A stretch of 64,000 nucleotides of DNA from NCBI GenBank assembly GCA_049968755.1, contig JBMFQE010000004.1, positions 140,264 through 204,263 of the forward strand, read 5' to 3'. The DNA comes from Bacteroidales bacterium (GTDB taxonomy: Bacteria; Bacteroidota; Bacteroidia; Bacteroidales; DTGW01). The stretch's first letter is position 1; each line of letters begins with the position of its first letter. Shown in pieces: positions 59,824-64,000 of the stretch. The translations under genes were made by a program, and so were the position numbers. The notes under the pieces are model-generated. The model saw only the letters and a program-made list of their open reading frames with translations. It was not told the origin of the DNA and made no database searches.

Positions 59824-61812
59824 TTGATGAGAAAAATATACTTAATTTCGTGTTTGTTGTTCATTGGCATGGAAATATCGTTATCGCAAAGTCTCAAGAG
59901 TGCCAACGTAGGAGGATATGATACTACCCGTCTGTATAATGTATTTATAAAGGCATTGAGGGGCGATACGGTTACCCTTGTTTATTTGGGGGGGTCTATC
60001 ACGCAGGGTTATGCAGCGTCGGCGGAGGCCAATCGATGGGCCAACCGTGTTACGGCCTGGTGGCAGTCAAAATTTCCTTCTGCTCATTTCAGCATGATCA
60101 ATGCTGGAATAGGCGGTACAGGTTCTGATATTGGGATGTTTCGTCTTCGTCGCGATGTGCTGAAATATAATCCCGATCTGGTGATTGTAGAGTTTTCGGT
60201 AAATGATGCCCAAGGTACATGGGCTACCACCAGTATGGAAGGACTAATACGCCAATTGCTCATGGCTTCGGGGCATCCTGCTGTGATGATGTTGATGCTT
60301 AAGCAATCGAACGGAACTACAGCTAAAGCTTCACACGAAATTGTTGGAAACTATTATAAAGTTCCAATGATTAGTTTTGCCGACCTTATCGATGCGGCCG
60401 TGAGCCAGGATGGTATAAGCCTTGAAAGCATTTTTGTGGATGGACTTCACCCCAATGACGTGGGTATGCAATATATTGCAACCTTTATAACCGATGAGTT
60501 GGAAAAGGTATATGCTAATGTACCCGACACCAATCAACTACTTACGGTTGACACCGTGCTTCCTGCTCCTTATATTTCAAACACATACGACCATACTTAC
60601 ATGTATACCAATACTACGATTGTTCCTGAGATGTCAAACGGTTGGACCAACTCGGGCACCGGCTGGGTGGCTATAAATCCAGGCGATGAAATGATATTTG
60701 AGGTGGAAGGTAATAGCATTGCTGTTTTGTACTCAAAACATAACAACACGCAGTGGGGTAGGGCCGAGATGTGGGTGGATGGCTATCCCCACAAAGTGTT
60801 TGATGCCTACTGGACGCAAACGTGGGGACCTGCCACAGTGTTTGGTTTGGTACAGGATCAACTCCCTGATGGCAAACACAAATTGCATATTAAAATTTCT
60901 GATGTCTCCCCTGATGGCAGTTCGGGACATACCTTTTATTTACTAAACGTCCTGAAGGCCGGGAATATTGGAAGAACGGCACCCATAGTTGTACCCAATG
61001 CCGACAAGTTTAAGCTCATTAAAAATATGTCTGCAATTATTGAGGCTTCAAAAAGCTACGATCCCGACGGCGATAGCTTGGTTCATTATTATTGGAGTAT
61101 AGTAAGCCAGCCAGCAAATGGTCAGCTTAACCTAAATGTAATTACAGCCGATTCGGTATCGGTAAACCCTACGGTGTCGGGTAGCTATCAGTTGGGCGTG
61201 CAGGTTTGCGATGCTTACGATACCAGTGTAATGAGGAAAGTTACTGTCGAGGTACGGGATGAAAATCACAAACCCGTTGCCATTGCTGGTAATGATACCG
61301 TGGTAAAAATTAACACTTCGTTCTTTTTGAACGCCTATCGAAGTTGGGATGCCGATAGTGATAAACTTTCTTATACCTGGCGTATTATTCAGCAGCCAGC
61401 TAATAGTAAAGTTCTTCTGGGAAAACCCAATGGTTCCCGTATCCCTGCTAAGGTTGATTTAGAGGGAAACTATTTGTTTGGAGTTGTGGTAAATGATGGT
61501 TTTGAAAATAGTCAGGAAGATACGGTACTGGTTGTAGCTTCGCTTACGGCACTGCCTCGTGGCACAATGGGAGACCTTTCGGTATTTCCTAATCCCGCCC
61601 GGGATTACCTTATGATAACAGGTGCCAACAATTTGGGCCCGGAAATTATTCTTGAACTAAATGCAATGGATGGGAAAAATTACCTGCTTCGGAAATTAAT
61701 ATCCGAACCAGAGCTTTATATTTCTCTCCCTTCCATGCCATCTGGATTATATGGGCTTAAAATTTACAACAATATGAAAAGCTTCCAAAAAACGATTTTA
61801 ATAGAACAATAA
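59824..61812 (+). CDS. SGNH/GDSL hydrolase with PKD/Ig-like repeats and T9SS C-terminal domain
   Basis: GGSITQG, NAGIGGTGS, EFSVND, DGLHP; SYDPDGD and SWDADSD repeats; VFPNPA CTD; TATCTTTG box upstream. Confidence 0.87.
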   Translation: MMRKIYLISCLLFIGMEISLSQSLKSANVGGYDTTRLYNVFIKALRGDTVTLVYLGGSITQGYAASAEANRWANRVTAWWQSKFPSAHFSMINAGIGGTGSDIGMFRLRRDVLKYNPDLVIVEFSVNDAQGTWATTSMEGLIRQLLMASGHPAVMMLMLKQSNGTTAKASHEIVGNYYKVPMISFADLIDAAVSQDGISLESIFVDGLHPNDVGMQYIATFITDELEKVYANVPDTNQLLTVDTVLPAPYISNTYDHTYMYTNTTIVPEMSNGWTNSGTGWVAINPGDEMIFEVEGNSIAVLYSKHNNTQWGRAEMWVDGYPHKVFDAYWTQTWGPATVFGLVQDQLPDGKHKLHIKISDVSPDGSSGHTFYLLNVLKAGNIGRTAPIVVPNADKFKLIKNMSAIIEASKSYDPDGDSLVHYYWSIVSQPANGQLNLNVITADSVSVNPTVSGSYQLGVQVCDAYDTSVMRKVTVEVRDENHKPVAIAGNDTVVKINTSFFLNAYRSWDADSDKLSYTWRIIQQPANSKVLLGKPNGSRIPAKVDLEGNYLFGVVVNDGFENSQEDTVLVVASLTALPRGTMGDLSVFPNPARDYLMITGANNLGPEIILELNAMDGKNYLLRKLISEPELYISLPSMPSGLYGLKIYNNMKSFQKTILIEQ

Positions 61813-61988
61813 TAAAATTTGGCTCGTTTTGAGAGCTTTTTAAATAACATTATTTGAATCGAATAAATGAATAGTGCTTACGGTAGCAAAAAATCATGGA
61901 TTTCATCTTGTAGGTAGTATGTGGTAACTTATTCATTTTGTTATTAGATCGGATTAAAAGGATTGAATGTACAAAAATTCATTTGGGT

Positions 61989-63551
61989 ATGAAAACAAGA
62001 TTTGTCATCAGCGGGATAGCGACAATCATTTTTACCTGTACTTGTATTGCTCAACATTATTATAATATTATTGATTTTGGAGCCATTCCGGATGATAGTA
62101 CGGTCAATACCGTATTTATTCAGCGCGCCATTGATTCCTGTGCAGCATCTGGCGGAGGTACTGTTTATGTACCAGCCGGTATTTTTGTTACAGGTACCAT
62201 CGAGTTGAAGTCAAATGTTAATTTATACCTTGAATCTGGTGCAGAACTGAAGGGTAGTGCGCGTATGGCTGACTATAAGCCCTATCAGTCGCCACTTTTT
62301 AATACTGCTGCAACCTATGGGATAATATATGCCCATAGGGCACAAAATGTATCAATTACTGGACAAGGGGCGATTAATGGAAATGATCAAGCATTTTTTT
62401 ATTGGGATCAGATTAAAACCATCGAATGGGGAGAGCTTGAAAATACCCGGCAAAAAGCAAACTTTAGAAGGGTAGAAAGCGGTATTGGTGATGGTCCTGT
62501 AGTACCTAAGGCTGCTCGTCCCCGGCAAATGGTTATTTTCTCCGAATGCAAAAATGTTTTGGTTAGGGATATTCAACTTAACCGATCTCCTTTCTGGACA
62601 TTGCATTTTGCCGATTGTGATGGCGTAATAGCTTCGGGTTTGAAAGTTTGGGCAAGCATGGAAACACCTAATAGCGATGGCATTGACATTACCTCGTGCC
62701 GGAATGTTATGGTATCGGATTGTGATATCCGTACCGGCGATGATGCAATTGCTATTACGGGTTATGCCCATCATTTTGAACTACCGGGCTTCCACAACTT
62801 ACGCCACAATTCTTATAATATTACCATTACCAATTGTAATTTGCAATCTCGTTCAAGTGGTATCAGAATTGGATGGATTGACCAAAATTCCGTAAAAAAC
62901 GTCCTTATTAGCAATGTAAACATTACAAATTCAAACCGTGGTATTGGTATTTTTGTCCGTGATACTGGGTCTATTGAGAATATTACCATTGCACAGGTGG
63001 TAATAAGTACCCGTTTGCATACAGGCGACTGGTGGGGAAATGGGGAGCCCATTCATATCTCAGCTGTTAGGGGAAATAACAATGTTAAAATGGGTAGCAT
63101 TAGAAATGTTACTTTTCGCGATGTTACCTGTGAGGGTGAATCGGGAATTATTCTTTATGGTTCTGAAGAAAGCAGAATAAAAGATGTATCGTTTTTTAAT
63201 GTGAAATTTACCCTGCGCAATAGCAAGCTCAATGAGGTGGCTGGTGGAAATATTGATCTACGAGGTGCTTATGGAACATCCCTATTTGCAGCTGACATCT
63301 CTGCATTTTATGCTCAATATGTCGATAACCTCTTGCTTAATCAGGTTGACATTGCCTGGGATAACGTCACTGAAAATTATTTCAAGCATGGCATCCACGT
63401 AAAGGAGTTTACCAATCTGCAATTGAATCATATTAAGGCTTCACCGGCACCTTCCAATAAGCATTTGCCCCCCATTTTTCTGGAGAATGGAAAAGGATAT
63501 AAAGGGGATGTTGATCGAAAATATGTTGGCAAAAAAAATGTCCGCAAATAA
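61989..63551 (+). CDS. GH28-family (pectin lyase fold) glycoside hydrolase
   Basis: IQRAIDSC...GGGTVYVPAG, PNSDGID, TGDDAIAI. Confidence 0.88.
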   Translation: MKTRFVISGIATIIFTCTCIAQHYYNIIDFGAIPDDSTVNTVFIQRAIDSCAASGGGTVYVPAGIFVTGTIELKSNVNLYLESGAELKGSARMADYKPYQSPLFNTAATYGIIYAHRAQNVSITGQGAINGNDQAFFYWDQIKTIEWGELENTRQKANFRRVESGIGDGPVVPKAARPRQMVIFSECKNVLVRDIQLNRSPFWTLHFADCDGVIASGLKVWASMETPNSDGIDITSCRNVMVSDCDIRTGDDAIAITGYAHHFELPGFHNLRHNSYNITITNCNLQSRSSGIRIGWIDQNSVKNVLISNVNITNSNRGIGIFVRDTGSIENITIAQVVISTRLHTGDWWGNGEPIHISAVRGNNNVKMGSIRNVTFRDVTCEGESGIILYGSEESRIKDVSFFNVKFTLRNSKLNEVAGGNIDLRGAYGTSLFAADISAFYAQYVDNLLLNQVDIAWDNVTENYFKHGIHVKEFTNLQLNHIKASPAPSNKHLPPIFLENGKGYKGDVDRKYVGKKNVRK

Positions 63552-63638
63552 ATACGAATTTCTGTAGACGAAGCATGTAAATCCTATCAGCTCGGTAACA
63601 AATGAATTTCTTTTTTTGTCCGAACCCTGGTATGCCGG

Positions 63639-63848
63639 TTAGCAATAGCATTCCCTTTGTCCCTGCTGTTTTGAGGGGCACTTAACACTGCCATAAGAAC
63701 AAAATACGCAACAATCGCCCTCACGGGGCCGGAGAATCTGCTTGCATTGGCTACATTCATAAAAAAATACGCAGGTATCTACCGGCATAGTCTCAAGGCT
63801 ACTAAAACCGCAGTGTGGACACGTGATAAGTGACTGAAAATGAATCAT
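63639..63848 (-). CDS. GDCCVxC-domain small Cys-rich protein
   Basis: ITCPHCG...MP...C..FYEC..C...LRP..GDCCVFCSYGSVKCP. Confidence 0.88.
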   Translation of the reverse strand: MIHFQSLITCPHCGFSSLETMPVDTCVFFYECSQCKQILRPREGDCCVFCSYGSVKCPSKQQGQRECYC

Positions 63849-63941
63849 GTTGAAATTTTATTGTCCAAAGTTATTTAAAAATATCGCTAATTAAATTCTG
63901 CCAGGAACTTTTTTACACTTTTTGCAAAAAAGCTGCATACT

Positions 63942-63990
63942 TACAAAAGAGATCAACCACAGAGAATTTCCTGTGGTGATCTCTTTTGTA
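63942..63990. terminator. Long hairpin, probable terminator of a gene beyond the window
   Basis: TACAAAAGAGATCA.CCACAG / CTGTGG.TGATCTCTTTTGTA arms. Confidence 0.6.
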
Positions 63991-64000
63991 TCTCAACAAT

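Noticed and set aside
993-63681. Numerous 60-190 aa ORFs antisense to or overlapping the long genes
   Set aside because: Shadow ORFs of well-supported genes, with no motifs or independent expression signals

Overview
Chromosomal window of a Bacteroidales-type bacterium, judged from T9SS C-terminal sorting domains, TAnnTTTG promoters, the bat operon and the absence of Shine-Dalgarno sites. Coding content is mostly ordinary: carbohydrate enzymes (GH13, GH97, GH5, GH28, two SGNH esterases), mfd, MATE, msrAB, pdxH, coaE, sod, a hexuronate cluster with a LacI operator, purN, an attenuated trpEGDCFBA operon, moxR-batABCDE, tkt, clpB, larE and bcp. I recognised no rRNA, tRNA, CRISPR array, transposase or integrase. 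The most unusual signal is non-coding. A near-identical 95-bp element occurs four times, plus one 3' fragment, each copy flanked by an ATGA(AA) direct repeat. Its inverted repeat is longest when the element is circularised. It carries a near-consensus promoter and an AT-rich initiation region, sits exactly on the trpG start codon in one copy, and overlaps the mfd stop codon in another. Other candidates: a sigma54-type sRNA with eight UAGU motifs, a second intergenic sRNA, a WYL regulator with a CGAC-N7-GTCG box before a decayed gene, and an out-of-frame junction that removes the N-terminus of a T9SS protein. All calls come from reading the sequence by eye; no searches or folding programs were run.
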